DNA of 64,000 nt from Dehalococcoidales bacterium. GTDB lineage: Bacteria > Chloroflexota > Dehalococcoidia > Dehalococcoidales > RBG-16-60-22. Below the pieces are notes generated by a model. It made no database searches and was not told the DNA's origin. It worked only from the letters and a program-made list of their open reading frames with translations. Below, one piece after another: positions 63,460-64,000 of the stretch; the stretch's first letter is position 1, and each line of letters begins with the position of its first letter. The DNA lies in assembly GCA_050018395.1 (NCBI GenBank), contig JBEKAC010000002.1:84429-148428 (forward strand), in the 5' to 3' direction. A program made the position numbers and the translations under genes.

Positions 63460-64000
63460 GTGAAAGGCAACATTAATTCGAGCCCGCGGAACATCAGCCC
63501 CGGAAAAAGCGAACCGCTTTCCGGTTCCATCGCCCATGCCGCCAGTGTGCTGGACTGCATCAGCCAGGACACCCACGCTTTGACCGATATCGCCCGGGAA
63601 TGCAACCTCGGCAAATCCACCGTCCACCGCGTGCTCAAGCTGTTGGAACAGTCGCGGCTGGTGGTCCAGGACGTCCTTAACCGCCGCTACTACCTGGGGC
63701 CGCTGATTATGCAGCTGGCCTCCAACCCGCTGACCACCCACGAATACCTCATCATGTACGCCATCCAGGAGATGAAAAACCTGGCCAGGCTGTCCGAAGA
63801 GACCGTGGCGCTGGATATCATGGCCGGCATCCAGTATTTTTCCCTCTATGAAGTCCCGAGTCAGTTTGACCTTAAGGTAACACAGGAAAGCCGCATGTCC
63901 GGCAACCTCCAGGCCGGGGCGTCGGTCAAAGCGCTGCTTTCGCTATACAATGACAAACAGCTGAAAACAGCTTTGAACAGCATGGATATCGTCCGCACCA
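63460..64000 (+). CDS. IclR-family transcriptional regulator (partial; continues beyond the window)
   Basis: GTG 63460 follows TGCTATAAT. Translation is ...AASVLDCISQDTHALTDIARECNLGKSTVHRVLKLLEQSRLVVQD...RRYYLGP, a typical IclR N-terminal HTH. Open to the window end. Confidence 0.8.
   Translation, partial: MKGNINSSPRNISPGKSEPLSGSIAHAASVLDCISQDTHALTDIARECNLGKSTVHRVLKLLEQSRLVVQDVLNRRYYLGPLIMQLASNPLTTHEYLIMYAIQEMKNLARLSEETVALDIMAGIQYFSLYEVPSQFDLKVTQESRMSGNLQAGASVKALLSLYNDKQLKTALNSMDIVRT

Overview
64-kb window from a moderately GC-rich bacterial chromosome. Gene content suggests an anaerobic Chloroflexota/Dehalococcoidia-like organism, but this is inference only. Bases 1-32,500 are mostly core genes: a PsrABC-like molybdoenzyme operon, DUF72, recN, a PadR-HAAS-GIN triad, LOG, a beta-CASP RNase, a K+ channel, rsgA, speH-speE, a heliorhodopsin, a GH3 beta-glucosidase, and an OYE/FAD reductase with two cupin-like paralogues. 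Small low-GC insertions interrupt this region: a DUF559 cassette, a Panacea-domain TA pair, a frameshifted gene and a stand-alone ATPase. Bases 33,597-50,703 are a roughly 17-kb genomic island integrated into the 3' end of an initiator tRNA-Met gene. A 40-bp direct repeat bounds it and an intact tyrosine integrase sits beside the tRNA. The island carries two candidate conflict systems. One is a three-gene operon: a 1329-aa N6-adenine methyltransferase, a PLD-SNF2 helicase and a PD-(D/E)xK-like protein. The other is an XRE-controlled three-gene operon ending in a dCTP-deaminase-fold protein. An HNH endonuclease and an iteron-like repeat field are also present. Bases 50,876-62,873 are a minus-strand corrinoid methyl-transfer cluster with seven tandem URO-D-superfamily paralogues, one corrinoid protein and one pterin-binding methyltransferase. 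It is followed by tRNA-Gly(CCC) with three tandem tRNA-3'-half-like repeats and a partial IclR regulator gene. At least four families of short palindromic or MITE-like repeats populate intergenic DNA. No rRNA genes or CRISPR arrays were seen. All calls come from reading the sequence and the ORF translations; no database search was run.
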